A stretch of 64,000 nucleotides of DNA, taken from Acidimicrobiia bacterium. Lineage in GTDB: Bacteria; Actinomycetota; Acidimicrobiia; Spongiisociales; UBA5794. The first letter of the stretch is position 1; every line of letters begins with the position of its first letter. Below the pieces are notes generated by a model. That model was not told the origin of the DNA and did no database searches. It saw only the letters and a list, made by a program, of their open reading frames with translations. The position numbers and the translations under genes were made by a program. Shown piece after piece: positions 9,617 through 19,880 of this stretch. The stretch lies in assembly GCA_041608535.1 (NCBI GenBank), contig JBFISM010000002.1:10918-74917 (forward strand), read 5' to 3'.

Positions 9617-10959
9617 TGCGGCCGGTGTGCGTGGTTGGTGGTGGTCTCGCCGGAGCGATGCTGGCGACGTATCTCGGCCGGCGTGGCCATCCCGTCACGG
9701 TGTTCGAAGCCCGACGTGATCTGCGGATCGCAGACATCGACGCCGGCAAGTCGATCAATCTCGCATTGGCGACGAGGGGGATGGCCGCGCTCGACGAGTT
9801 GGGGCTCATGGCGGAGGTCGAACCGCTCTTGACCCCGATGCGGGGCAGGATGGTGCACGCAGATGACCGCAAAGCGAGCCTGCAGCCGTACGGCATACGC
9901 GAGCACGAGGTGATCCACTCGGTGTCACGGCCGGGCCTCAATGCGGTGCTGCTCGACGCCGCTGAAGCCACCGGCAACGTGGAGGTGCGATTTCAGCATC
10001 GCTGCGTGGGAGGAGATCTCCCGTCTCGTACGTTGCGCTTCGAGCATGTCGACAGCGGTGATGAGATCGATTTCGCCTCGACGGCCTTCTTTGGAGCCGA
10101 CGGGTTCGGATCCACGGTCCGCAAGATGATCTTGCCGCTGTCCGGAGGGACGCTCGACGTCGATCCGCTCGATCATGGGTACAAGGAGCTCACGCTCCCG
10201 GCTGCCGACGACGGTTCGCCACGCCTCGACCCGAATGCGCTGCACATCTGGCCCCGGGGCGAGTCCATGCTCATCGCACTTCCCAACATCGACAGCTCCT
10301 TCACGTGCACGCTGTTCATCGCAGAGCAGGGTGAGCCGTACAGCCTGCAGTCGCTCAGGACACCGCAGCGGGTGCGCAGCTTCTTCGAAGCCGAGTTCCC
10401 GGAGTTCGCCTCGCTCATGCCCGGGCTCGAAGCGGAGTACCTGCAGAATCCGGACGGCAGGTTGGCGACGCTGCGCTGCAGCGGATGGCAGTACGAGGAT
10501 GCGGCTGTGATCCTCGGAGACGCTGCCCACGCCATCGTGCCGTTTCACGGGCAAGGTATGAACGCTGCGTTCGAATCGTGCTCGGTGCTGATGAGCGCGC
10601 TGACCTTCCATGGTGATGATTGGGCAGAGGCATTTCTGCAGTTCGAGGCGCTCCGCAAACCCGATGTGGATGCGATTGCCGACATGGCGCTCGACAACTA
10701 CATCGAGATGCGCAGCGGTGTCGTCGACGATCGGTACGTGCTGCAGCGCGAGTTGGCCCTCGATCTGGAGCGGCGCTGGCCGGATCGGTTCATCCCTCGC
10801 TACTCGATGGTCATGTTCTCGACGATGCCGTACGCCGAGGCCCAGCGCCGGGCGCGTCTGCAGGCCGCCATCCTGCAGCAGCTCACCGCAGGGGTGTCCA
10901 CGGTCGACGACGTCGATCTGGAGCGTGCCGAAGAACTCGTCATGGGTCTGCCCGAATGA
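9616..10959 (+). CDS. kmo: Kynurenine 3-monooxygenase (FAD)
   Basis: GGGLAG, GKSINLALATRG, HGYKEL, ALHIWPRG, GDAAHAIVPFHGQGMN, PRYSMV; TGATG overlap with kynU. Confidence 0.93.
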   Translation: MRPVCVVGGGLAGAMLATYLGRRGHPVTVFEARRDLRIADIDAGKSINLALATRGMAALDELGLMAEVEPLLTPMRGRMVHADDRKASLQPYGIREHEVIHSVSRPGLNAVLLDAAEATGNVEVRFQHRCVGGDLPSRTLRFEHVDSGDEIDFASTAFFGADGFGSTVRKMILPLSGGTLDVDPLDHGYKELTLPAADDGSPRLDPNALHIWPRGESMLIALPNIDSSFTCTLFIAEQGEPYSLQSLRTPQRVRSFFEAEFPEFASLMPGLEAEYLQNPDGRLATLRCSGWQYEDAAVILGDAAHAIVPFHGQGMNAAFESCSVLMSALTFHGDDWAEAFLQFEALRKPDVDAIADMALDNYIEMRSGVVDDRYVLQRELALDLERRWPDRFIPRYSMVMFSTMPYAEAQRRARLQAAILQQLTAGVSTVDDVDLERAEELVMGLPE

Positions 10960-11780
10960 CCGAGCAGTCGATGCGGGACGACGAGGTGACGCCGCACGAG
11001 AAGCCGGTCACTTACGGCAGCTATCTGAAGATCCCTGAATTGCTCAGCCTGCAGCAGATCCGCTCCGAGCCTGCCGAGCACGACGAGATGCTGTTCATCA
11101 TCATCCACCAGATCTACGAGCTGTGGTTCAAGCAACTCCTCCATGAGCTCGACCGCCTGGCCGAACACATCGACGCAGACCTCCAGGCACATGGCGAGCA
11201 TCAGTTGAAGCGAATCCTCAAGATCTTGAAGACGCTGGTGGCTCAGCTCGACGTCCTCGAGACGATGACTCCCGTGGAGTTCCTCTCGTTCCGATCTTTC
11301 TTGGGGTCGGCCAGCGGCTTCGAGTCGGCGCAGTTCCGCTCGCTCGAGTTCCTCCTCGGTGTGAAGGACGAGGCTCATGTAGAGCGTTTTCGTGGTCTCG
11401 GGATCGTCGCGGAGCTGGAGCGGCGCATGAACGAGCCCTCGCTGTGGGCCCGCTTCGTCGCTTCCCTGGCCCGGCACGGATACGACATTCCCGATGACGT
11501 GCTGTCTCGTCCCGTGCGGCACGCCAACCAGCCATCGCCGGCGGTGCAGGATGCTCTCATCCAGGTGTACCGGAGCAACCCCGATCTCGCCGGATTCTGT
11601 GAGCTGCTCATGGACATGGACGAGGGCATCATGGAGTGGCGATACCGTCACGTGATGATGGTGATGCGCACCATCGGGACCAAGCGGGGCACCGGGGGGT
11701 CGGATGGAGCCGAATACCTGAGGACGACGCTCTTCCGCCCGGCCTTTCCGGATCTGTGGGAGATCCGGGCGCGTTTGTGA
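10956..11780 (+). CDS. kynA: Tryptophan 2,3-dioxygenase
   Basis: YGSYL, HDEMLFIIIHQIYELWFKQ, ASGFESAQFR, WRYRH, GTGGSDG; ATGA overlap. Confidence 0.95.
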   Translation: MTEQSMRDDEVTPHEKPVTYGSYLKIPELLSLQQIRSEPAEHDEMLFIIIHQIYELWFKQLLHELDRLAEHIDADLQAHGEHQLKRILKILKTLVAQLDVLETMTPVEFLSFRSFLGSASGFESAQFRSLEFLLGVKDEAHVERFRGLGIVAELERRMNEPSLWARFVASLARHGYDIPDDVLSRPVRHANQPSPAVQDALIQVYRSNPDLAGFCELLMDMDEGIMEWRYRHVMMVMRTIGTKRGTGGSDGAEYLRTTLFRPAFPDLWEIRARL

Positions 11781-11882
11781 GCCGCACCCGTGGCCGCAGA
11801 GAAGGGCCGGGCGACCCATGTCTCCACCCAGGATCACCCATTAGCGTCGTGCCGCACATGCGTCCGATCCGTAGGGGGTCAC

Positions 11883-13619
11883 ATGGACGAGCACTCCGAC
11901 CCGGTGGGCCAGCCGGGTGTCATGGCCGACGCCGATCCGGCCGAGCGCGCCGTGCGTCCGTTGGACGACGCGGGCAATCCCATTCTCGAGACGGTCACCG
12001 AGACCGGGTCGCGCCGTGGCCGGCTCATCGCCGGCGGCATCGTCGCCCTCGTGGCAGTGCTCGCCCTGGGAGGTGTACTGGCATGGCGCAATCTCGTGGG
12101 GAGTCCCCATGGCGCCGCCGAGGCCGTACCCGCGGATGCGGACATGGTCTTCACGTTCGATTTCCTGCAGATGCGCGACACCGAGCGGTTCGATCGGCTG
12201 GTGCGGGCGTTTGCCACGCCGATGGCCGAGCACGGGCTGATCGACGAGGCTCCCGATTTCGAGGGCATGCTGCGCGAGTTCGACGACGAGGCCGAGCAGG
12301 AGCTCGGCTTCCGCTTCGCCGAGGACGTGTTCTCGTGGATGGGCCGGAGTGGCAGCCTGGCGATGTGGTTCCCTCGCGCGATGTTCGACTTCGACGCCGT
12401 TGACTCGGACGCACTGCCGTCGGTGCTGGCAACCCTGCAGGTGCGCGACGAAGCCGCAGCGGCGGCATTTCTGGATCGTCTCCTCGTCAAGGCTGCGGAG
12501 GACGGCGACGAGTTCGAGCAGATCCAAGTGGGCGGGAAACCTGCGTATTACTTCCCCGATGAGACCGACGAGTTCTACATCACCCTGCGGGACGGTCGGT
12601 TTCTGCTCGCCGATTCGCTGACGTTGTTGCGTCGGGCGGTGGAGACCGACGCTTCCGAGTCCGTGGCGGAGCTCACTGATTTCCAGGCGCTGAGCAGCAC
12701 GCTCGGCGGCGAGCCGCTCATGACGGCGTACGTCTCCCCGTCACTCGGTGAGGAACTGGCCGCTTCGTACGAGCGACTGGGGATCGACTTTCCGTACGCA
12801 GAGGAGTTGGCCCGGACCAGCGCCATGATGACGGTGGAGCTCGACGACGCCGGATTCCTGGTGCGCACCGCAAATGCGGTGCCGGACAACTATCCGATCG
12901 GCCCTGGAGTATGGGGACCGACGCTTCCCGAAGGAACCTACGGTTTTGTCGATGTTGCGCTACCGGCCGGCTATTTCGCCAAGATGGCGTCGTTCTACGA
13001 GGACACCGTGGCCAGCGCCGGCTTGACCGAAGCGGATATCGCTGCACTGATCGAGCCGGTCGACCAGGTGATCGGGATGTCGTTGCTCGACGACCTGGTA
13101 CCTGCGCTCGGTGGCGAGATACTGCTCGCGGTGGCGCCGGCCCGGGACGGGGTGATCCCGCTCGAAGCCGGCATCGATCTCGGAGTGCTCCTGGGAATCG
13201 GCGTCGACGACTCCGCCCTCGTCGCCCAGGCCCTCGACAACGCTCTCCGCGAGCTGGAAAACCAGGGGATCACCGTGCGGGACCGCAACGGCACCAGAGT
13301 GATAGCCGTGGACGGTGTCGACTACGGGGCCCTGGCGGTGACGAACGACGCATTCGCGGCATCTTCCTCACCGGAGCTGCTGGAGACCTTCGTCGCCGAG
13401 TCCGGTTCCCTCGGTGCGACTCCGACCTACCAGCGGGTCGACAGCTCGGTTGCCGGCGACGGGCTCGCGGTGTACGTGGACATCACCCGCATCCTCGGCG
13501 ACTTCGTGGACGACGCCACCATCAGCGACGTCCTTTCGCCGCTGGCCGCGGCCGGCGGTTCTTACACCGTGGAGAATGGCTTCCAGCTCTCCGAGTTCCG
13601 TCTGCTCATCGACTACTGA
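11883..13619 (+). CDS. Membrane-anchored DUF3352-like protein
   Basis: Single N-terminal TM, AAEAVPADA, DVFSWMG, large acidic extracytoplasmic region. Confidence 0.65.
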   Translation: MDEHSDPVGQPGVMADADPAERAVRPLDDAGNPILETVTETGSRRGRLIAGGIVALVAVLALGGVLAWRNLVGSPHGAAEAVPADADMVFTFDFLQMRDTERFDRLVRAFATPMAEHGLIDEAPDFEGMLREFDDEAEQELGFRFAEDVFSWMGRSGSLAMWFPRAMFDFDAVDSDALPSVLATLQVRDEAAAAAFLDRLLVKAAEDGDEFEQIQVGGKPAYYFPDETDEFYITLRDGRFLLADSLTLLRRAVETDASESVAELTDFQALSSTLGGEPLMTAYVSPSLGEELAASYERLGIDFPYAEELARTSAMMTVELDDAGFLVRTANAVPDNYPIGPGVWGPTLPEGTYGFVDVALPAGYFAKMASFYEDTVASAGLTEADIAALIEPVDQVIGMSLLDDLVPALGGEILLAVAPARDGVIPLEAGIDLGVLLGIGVDDSALVAQALDNALRELENQGITVRDRNGTRVIAVDGVDYGALAVTNDAFAASSSPELLETFVAESGSLGATPTYQRVDSSVAGDGLAVYVDITRILGDFVDDATISDVLSPLAAAGGSYTVENGFQLSEFRLLIDY

Positions 13620-13898
13620 CCACGCAACGCCGCGATGTGCCCGAGTACCGCTGTATGGAGCGGGCAGCGGCAGGCTTCGTGCCCTCGGGTGTGTACTCGG
13701 TGTGTGGCGTCATCGTGGGTGCGGCGATGTTCGAAGGTGAGCGCCGCGACTGCATCGACCGTGCTCCGCCGGTGACGCTCGTGCGCACCTGAGGCGCCCT
13801 GCGCTGCCTGGCCGGCATCGGTATGTTTGGCGACAGGCTCGCCGTACCCCCCCGAAGCCGATTCCCGGCCTGACGGCAAGCCGGAAGGATGGTGCTCC

Positions 13899-15608
13899 AT
13901 GGTCTCCGGTTTCGGCGTCTCCCGTCGCACATTCCTCAAGTCCGGTGTCGTGACCGCCGCAGCCGCCGCCGCAGCCACGACCCCCGGCCTCGCCGCTGGG
14001 CAACCGACGCATGCTCGACCACATCGCGATCTCGAGGAGCTGACCATCGCCGAGATGCAGGCTGCGATGGCCGCCGGCAACCTCACTTCTCGGGAGCTGG
14101 TCGGCGGCTATCTCAATCGCATCGGCGTTTTGGATCGCGGCAGGACCGACCTCCGCTCCATCATCGAAACCAATCCCGACGCACTGGCGATCGCAGGAGC
14201 GCTCGACCGCGAGCGGCGAGCCGGCCGAGTGCGCGGGCCGCTGCATGGCGTGCCGGTCGTCATCAAGGAGAACATCGACACCGACGATGCCATGCTGACG
14301 ACGGCCGGGTCGTTTGCGCTCGCCGACTCGACACCTGGACAGGACGCCACAGTGGCGGCGCACCTTCGAGCGGCCGGTGCCGTCATCATCGGCAAAGCGA
14401 ACCTGTCGCAGTGGGCGAACTTTCGCTCGTTCCAGAGCTCGAGTGGTTGGAGCTCTCGGGGCGGCCAGTGCCGCAACCCCTACGTCCTCGACCGGAACCC
14501 ATGTGGATCGAGCAGCGGCTCTGCGGCCGCCGTCGCCGCCAACCTCGCCGCGGCTTCGCTCGGCACCGAGACCGATGGCTCCATCGTCTGTCCCGCGACG
14601 GCCAATGCGGTCGTGGGCATCAAGCCAACGGTGGGTCTCACCAGCCGCGCCGGAGTCGTGCCCATCTCGCGAAGCCAGGACACGATCGGACCCATCGGCA
14701 GAACCGTGGCCGATGCGGCTGTGGTCCTCGGGGCGCTCACCGGCGTCGACCCGCGCGACCCTTTCACCGCAGACAGCGCAGGCAACTCCCACACGGACTA
14801 CACGCAGTTTCTGGATGCGAACGGGCTCGCTGGAGCGCGGATCGGAGTAGCGCGGGAGCGCTTCTTCTTCAGCCCGGAGACGACGGCCATCATGGAGGAA
14901 GCCATCACGGCGCTTGCGGCGCTCGGTGCGATCGTGGTCGATCCGGTGTCATTCCCGTCGTTCCCAGAGTTCTCGACTGCGTCACCAGAGTTCGACGTGC
15001 TGTTGTACGAGTTCAAGACAGACGTGGCGCTCTACCTCGCCACCCGCAACGGTGGTCCCAAGACACTGGCGGACCTCATCGCTTTCAACGATGCCAACGC
15101 CGACGTGGAGATGACCTATTTCGGTCAAGAGATCTTCGAGCTCTCTGAGACGTTTGGCGACCTCACCGATCCCGACTACCTGGAAGCGCTGGCGGACTCA
15201 CATCGCATCTCGCGCGACGAGGGGATCGATGCCGTGATGGACAGCAACGACCTCGATGCGATCGTGGCCCCCACCGGGTCGCCGGCGTGGCCGACGGATC
15301 TGGTCAACGGCGACCATTTCCTGGGCGGCACGTCATCGTATGCTGCGATGGCCGGCTACCCACTCGTCACCGTTCCAATGGGATTCTCGTTCGGCTTGCC
15401 GGTCGGGCTCACGTTCATGGGCCGTCGTTGGGCGGAGCCCACCCTGATAAAGCTCGCTTCTGGTTTCGAGGCCGGGACATCGGTACGGCGCCCGCCGGAG
15501 TTCCTCGCCACGTTGCCGGACGGCGGTGGTGCACGGTCCGCAGGAGCCACTCGGCAGACGCCGGCGGCGATGAGCCTCGAAGAGGCGCGTGCGCTGTGGC
15601 GGAGGTGA
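13899..15608 (+). CDS. Tat-exported amidase (amidase signature family)
   Basis: SRRTFLK twin-arginine signal; LHGVPVVIKEN, GSSSGS, GTETDGSIVCP. Confidence 0.92.
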   Translation: MVSGFGVSRRTFLKSGVVTAAAAAAATTPGLAAGQPTHARPHRDLEELTIAEMQAAMAAGNLTSRELVGGYLNRIGVLDRGRTDLRSIIETNPDALAIAGALDRERRAGRVRGPLHGVPVVIKENIDTDDAMLTTAGSFALADSTPGQDATVAAHLRAAGAVIIGKANLSQWANFRSFQSSSGWSSRGGQCRNPYVLDRNPCGSSSGSAAAVAANLAAASLGTETDGSIVCPATANAVVGIKPTVGLTSRAGVVPISRSQDTIGPIGRTVADAAVVLGALTGVDPRDPFTADSAGNSHTDYTQFLDANGLAGARIGVARERFFFSPETTAIMEEAITALAALGAIVVDPVSFPSFPEFSTASPEFDVLLYEFKTDVALYLATRNGGPKTLADLIAFNDANADVEMTYFGQEIFELSETFGDLTDPDYLEALADSHRISRDEGIDAVMDSNDLDAIVAPTGSPAWPTDLVNGDHFLGGTSSYAAMAGYPLVTVPMGFSFGLPVGLTFMGRRWAEPTLIKLASGFEAGTSVRRPPEFLATLPDGGGARSAGATRQTPAAMSLEEARALWRR

Positions 15609-15646
15609 CCCGACCGGGCCGCACAGCGCTGGGCTAGGTTGCGCCG

Positions 15647-16627
15647 ATGCGATTTGGTGCTTTCGTTCCGCAGGGCTGGCGACTCGACCTCGTCGATATT
15701 GCTCGCAGCGATCATTGGCCGGTCATGCTCGACGTCGCCCGTACGATCGAGCAGGCCGGTTACGAGTCACTGTGGGTGTTCGATCACTTCCACACGGTGC
15801 CGGTGCGGACGCAGGAACCGACCTACGAGGCGTGGAGCCTCATGGCGGCACTCGCTGCCGCCACCGACACGGTCCGGCTCGGGCAGATGTGCACCTGCAA
15901 CAGCTACCGGCCTCCGGCGTACCTCGCCAAGGTGGCCAGCTCGATCGATGTGATCTCGGGTGGGCGGATCGAGATGGGGATCGGTGCGGGGTGGTATGAG
16001 CACGAGTATGCGGCGTACGGTTACGAGTTCCCCAAGCCGGCGGTGCGGATCGGTCAGCTTCGGGAAGGCGTCGAGATCATGTATCGCATGTGGACCGAGG
16101 ACGAGGCCAGTTTCGACGGGGAGCACTACCGCATAGAGGGCGCCATCTGTCGTCCGAAACCGGTGCAGACACCCCACATACCCTTCTGGATTGCCGGCGG
16201 TGGCGAGCAGCTCACCCTGCGGGTGGCTGCGAAATATGCGGCGTACTCGAACTTCGGGACTTCTCCGGACGAGTTTGCCCACAAGAACGGGGTCCTCGAT
16301 GGCCATTGTGCCGACATCGGCCGCGATCCGGGGGAGATCGTGCGCACGAGCAACTTCACGGTGATGTGCTGCGAGACGGAGGCCGAAGTCGCCGAGAAGA
16401 AGCGGTGGATTCGTTCGATCCTGGAGCGCTTCGTATCCGACGATTCGATCGAGCCTCGGCTCGAGATGGTGACCAAGGATGCCGGAACTCCCGAGCAGGT
16501 CGCAGCGAAGCTGCGGACCTGGCGCGAGCGCGGTCTCGAGTACGCCATCGTGAACTTCCCGGACGCCGCTTACGACCGTAGTGGCATCGAGCTCTTCGCA
16601 CGCGAAGTGATACCCGCATTGCGCTGA
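15647..16627 (+). CDS. F420-dependent LLM-class oxidoreductase
   Basis: FVPQGWRLDL, WVFDHFH, LGQMCTCNSYRPP, AGGGEQLTL. Confidence 0.88.
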   Translation: MRFGAFVPQGWRLDLVDIARSDHWPVMLDVARTIEQAGYESLWVFDHFHTVPVRTQEPTYEAWSLMAALAAATDTVRLGQMCTCNSYRPPAYLAKVASSIDVISGGRIEMGIGAGWYEHEYAAYGYEFPKPAVRIGQLREGVEIMYRMWTEDEASFDGEHYRIEGAICRPKPVQTPHIPFWIAGGGEQLTLRVAAKYAAYSNFGTSPDEFAHKNGVLDGHCADIGRDPGEIVRTSNFTVMCCETEAEVAEKKRWIRSILERFVSDDSIEPRLEMVTKDAGTPEQVAAKLRTWRERGLEYAIVNFPDAAYDRSGIELFAREVIPALR

Positions 16628-16682
16628 GCAACAGCCAGCCTCGCAACCAACTCCTTGGTATTTTTGACATGGAGTCAGATAC

Positions 16683-19600
16683 ATGCACTTTGCAGTGTTG
16701 GGGCGCCTGGAAGTCCGTGACGATGCAGGCACGATCGTCCCGATCACCGCGCCCAAACAACAGGCACTCCTGTCGCTGCTCTTGATGCGAAGCAGTCGCG
16801 TCGTATCGAGCGACGCCATCGCCGACGCATTGTGGGCGGATACACCCCCGGCAAGCGCAGCCACGGCGATCCGGTTCCACGTCTCCAAGCTGCGCTCTGT
16901 CATCGAGCAAGACGACGCCCCCGAACTCATCGTCACCATCTCGCCGGGCTACCGGATGATGCTCGCCGGACACTGGTTCGACGCACATCGATTCGAGACG
17001 CTCGTCGAGGAGGGACGTGTGCTGCTTCAGGCCCATCCGGATCGGGCGTACCGGGCATTCGTCGAGGCGTTGTCGCTGTGGCGGGGACGGGCCTACGAGA
17101 CGGTGGAGGGGGAGGAGTTCGCCGGCGCAGAGATCGCCCGGCTGGAGCGGCTGCGCGACGCAACGGTGCGTGACCGGATCGATGCCGAGCTTCGGCTCGG
17201 CCGGTCTGCGGCACTGGTCCATGAGCTGGAAGCACTCGTGGAATCCAGCCCCACCGACGAGCGGCTGGCAGCGATGCTCATGCGGGCGCTGTACGCATCC
17301 GGCCGTGCGGCCGATGCTCTGCATGCGGCCACGGCGCTGCGCCACGAGCTCGGTGCGCTGGGACTCGAAGCGAGCCCTTCTCTCACCGAGCTCGAGGACA
17401 AGATCCTGCTGCACGATTCAGTGCTGCCGGCCTCCACGGAACAGGGGCGGGCAGGTTCGCTCCCGATACCGCTGTCACCCTTCCTGGGCCGTACCGAAGA
17501 AGCGGCCTCCCTCGGTGCGACGATCCTGGAGCGTCGCTTGGTCACCGTGGTCGGGCCCCCGGGGTGCGGCAAGACGCGACTCGCCCTGGAAGTGGCGAGG
17601 TCGGCGGCAGCCGACTTCGACGCGGGGGCCCATCTCGTCGAGCTGAGCGAGATCATCGACCCCGACCTCGTGGAACGGAAAGTCGGCGGGGTATTCGGTG
17701 TCGCCGAGATGTGGGGGGGCGATTACCTCGCCGTGCTGGCAGAGCGCTTGCGCAGCGATTCGGTGCTGCTCGTCATCGACAATGCGGAGCACCTCCTCGA
17801 CAGCGTTGCTGCCCTCGCCCGATATCTCCTCGAGCGATGTCCCGACGTCCGCCTCTTGGTGACGAGCCGGATTCCGCTCGGTGTGCCCGGGGAGGTGGCA
17901 TGGCATCTGCAACCGCTAGCAGTGCCGTCGCCGGCGGTGGCTCTCGATGAGGCGCTCGATTATCCGGCGGTGAGGCTCTTCGTCGATCGTGCTGCGGTGG
18001 CTCGCGCCGGTTTCGAGCTGACCGAAGAGAACAGAGCTGCGGTCGTCGAGATCTGCCGGCACGTGGACGGGCTCCCCCTTGCCATCGAGCTGGCGGCTGC
18101 GGGCACGGCTGGGCTGAGCGTGACCGAGCTTGCGTTGCGCTTGCGGTCGGTCCACGCCTCTCTGCCCGCCATGTCGCGAAGCGGAACACGACGGCAACGC
18201 ACGATGGAGGAAGCCGTGCGGTGGAGCGTCGATTTGTTGGAGCCGCTGGAGCGGGCGGTGTTCTTCAGGCTGGCCACCTTCAGCGGCGGGATGACCATGG
18301 CGGCCGCCGAGCAGGTCGCCGGGTTTGGCGATGTGCCCCAGGCCAGCGTCTTCGACATCGTGCTGCGGCTGGTCCACACCTCACTCCTCGTTGCGGAGCG
18401 CCATGGGGAGGAGGCCACCCGATATCGGATGTTGACGGTGGTTCGCGACTTCGCCATCGGGGCGGCTGAAGACGAGGAGTGGGCCGAGGCGGCCAGTCGT
18501 CATGCGGACTACTTCGCCGACATCGCGGCGGCGATCGGACCGCACATGGAAGGTCCCGATGCCGAGCAGTGGCGGTGCCGTGGCGATCTCGAACTGGACA
18601 ACTTCCGGGCAGCGCTGGAGTGGTCGCTCGGTGCGGGCGATCCGAGTGTCGCCTTCCGTCTCGTGCCGTCCCTGACGTGGTATTGGTACTGGCGCTCGCA
18701 TTTGCGAGAGGCTCACCGCTGGACAGCCCGCACCCTGGAGGAGACAGTGGGGTCGGACCACCCAGGTCGCACGGCGACCCTGTATGCGGCGGGCCTGTTC
18801 AACGACGTCATCGGCAATCTCACCGATGCGGAAGATGCGTTCGAAGCCGCGCGGAAGCTGGCGGTCGAAGGCGGCAACGTCGAGCTCGAAGCACGAGCGC
18901 TCACCGGGCTCGGGGTCGTGGCCCGCGATCGAGGCGATCTGCGCGATGCGCTGAGCCGCTTCGGTGCTGCGCTGGATCTCGAAGGAGAATCGCCGAGAAC
19001 CAATCGAGCGATCTCGCTGCGCATGGGAGGGATCACCAAGGCTATGACCGGCGATCCGGACGCAGCACGTCACGATCTCGACGCAGCCCGGCGCTTGTAC
19101 GAACAGCTCGGCAACGACGGGGGCGTGGTGTGGTCGATCCTCGGGCTCGGTTACGTGGGGCTTCTCATCGGGGACCGGCGTGCCGTCGAGCTCGTCGACA
19201 CGGCGGTGGCCCGGTTTGGGGAAGCCCATGACGTGCGCGGGTTGGGATGGGGTCTGGTGGTTCGCGCCCAATTCGATGTGGATGCGGCCGATTTCTCCGC
19301 AGCCACTGATGGTGCAACCTCCGCCAGACAGCGCTTCACCGACGTGGGCGATCGGCGTGGTCTCGGTTACGCCAACTTGGCGCTCGCGGATGCTGCGTTG
19401 CGCACCGACGACATCGCCGCCGCATCGGGCGCCGCTGCAGAGAGCCGCCGTCATTTCGAGGCATTGCCGGACACGGTCGGGCTGTGTCGTCTCGCCTGCG
19501 CCGCGGCATCGCTTGCCTTTGCGCAGCGTCGCCGCCAGGAGCAGAGGAGGCGCCTGGTGGAAGCGGTGCGCTTCGCCGATCGTGCGCTGTATCCCTGGGG

Positions 19601-19742
19601 CTTCGTCTCCGTCCTCGCCAGCGAAGGGGCAACTGAGCTTCTCGGCGACCTGACCGATCCGGAGGCGTTGCGTGCTGCGATTGCCGCGCATCCGACCGGC
19701 GCCGCCGCGACCATGGCCACGATCCGCGGGGTTCTCGCCTGA
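16683..19742 (+). CDS. AfsR/SARP-type regulator (wHTH-BTAD-ATPase-TPR)
   Basis: FAVLGRLEV, LWRG, MRALYASGR (BTAD), P-loop GPPGCGKT, LVIDNAEH, DGLPLAIELAAA, TPR-like C-terminus. Confidence 0.92.
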   Translation: MHFAVLGRLEVRDDAGTIVPITAPKQQALLSLLLMRSSRVVSSDAIADALWADTPPASAATAIRFHVSKLRSVIEQDDAPELIVTISPGYRMMLAGHWFDAHRFETLVEEGRVLLQAHPDRAYRAFVEALSLWRGRAYETVEGEEFAGAEIARLERLRDATVRDRIDAELRLGRSAALVHELEALVESSPTDERLAAMLMRALYASGRAADALHAATALRHELGALGLEASPSLTELEDKILLHDSVLPASTEQGRAGSLPIPLSPFLGRTEEAASLGATILERRLVTVVGPPGCGKTRLALEVARSAAADFDAGAHLVELSEIIDPDLVERKVGGVFGVAEMWGGDYLAVLAERLRSDSVLLVIDNAEHLLDSVAALARYLLERCPDVRLLVTSRIPLGVPGEVAWHLQPLAVPSPAVALDEALDYPAVRLFVDRAAVARAGFELTEENRAAVVEICRHVDGLPLAIELAAAGTAGLSVTELALRLRSVHASLPAMSRSGTRRQRTMEEAVRWSVDLLEPLERAVFFRLATFSGGMTMAAAEQVAGFGDVPQASVFDIVLRLVHTSLLVAERHGEEATRYRMLTVVRDFAIGAAEDEEWAEAASRHADYFADIAAAIGPHMEGPDAEQWRCRGDLELDNFRAALEWSLGAGDPSVAFRLVPSLTWYWYWRSHLREAHRWTARTLEETVGSDHPGRTATLYAAGLFNDVIGNLTDAEDAFEAARKLAVEGGNVELEARALTGLGVVARDRGDLRDALSRFGAALDLEGESPRTNRAISLRMGGITKAMTGDPDAARHDLDAARRLYEQLGNDGGVVWSILGLGYVGLLIGDRRAVELVDTAVARFGEAHDVRGLGWGLVVRAQFDVDAADFSAATDGATSARQRFTDVGDRRGLGYANLALADAALRTDDIAAASGAAAESRRHFEALPDTVGLCRLACAAASLAFAQRRRQEQRRRLVEAVRFADRALYPWGFVSVLASEGATELLGDLTDPEALRAAIAAHPTGAAATMATIRGVLA

Positions 19743-19801
19743 GCGAACACGGCCGGTGGTGCCCCCATTGCGGCACGACGGTTCTTGCGGTTAGAACGGC
19801 G

Positions 19802-19828
19802 CTAACGGCCTCATAAGCAGCTGCTGAC
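19802..19828 (+). promoter_or_regulatory. 11-bp-phased repeats, candidate SARP/OmpR-type binding site
   Basis: CTAAC (19802), ATAAG (19813), CTGAC (19824), between the SARP gene and the ECF sigma gene. Confidence 0.3.
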
Positions 19829-19880
19829 ATGCTCTCCCCACAATCGGTCCTGACGGCTCGAAGTCGAGCAAGGGGAGAGC

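Noticed and set aside
9046-10959. Apparent long N-terminal extensions on kmo (also kynA, the QueA-like gene and the MBL gene)
   Set aside because: The true starts are the ATGA/TGATG overlaps or the leaderless ATG. The extensions are out-of-frame reads of neighbouring genes.
13637-13792. Small Cys-containing ORF (VPEYRCMERAAAG...VTLVRT) between the DUF3352-like gene and the amidase
   Set aside because: No RBS, no recognisable family and no modification enzymes nearby.
13899-15608. Amidase as the missing kynurenine formamidase
   Set aside because: It has a Tat export signal and is separated from the operon, whereas the pathway is cytoplasmic.
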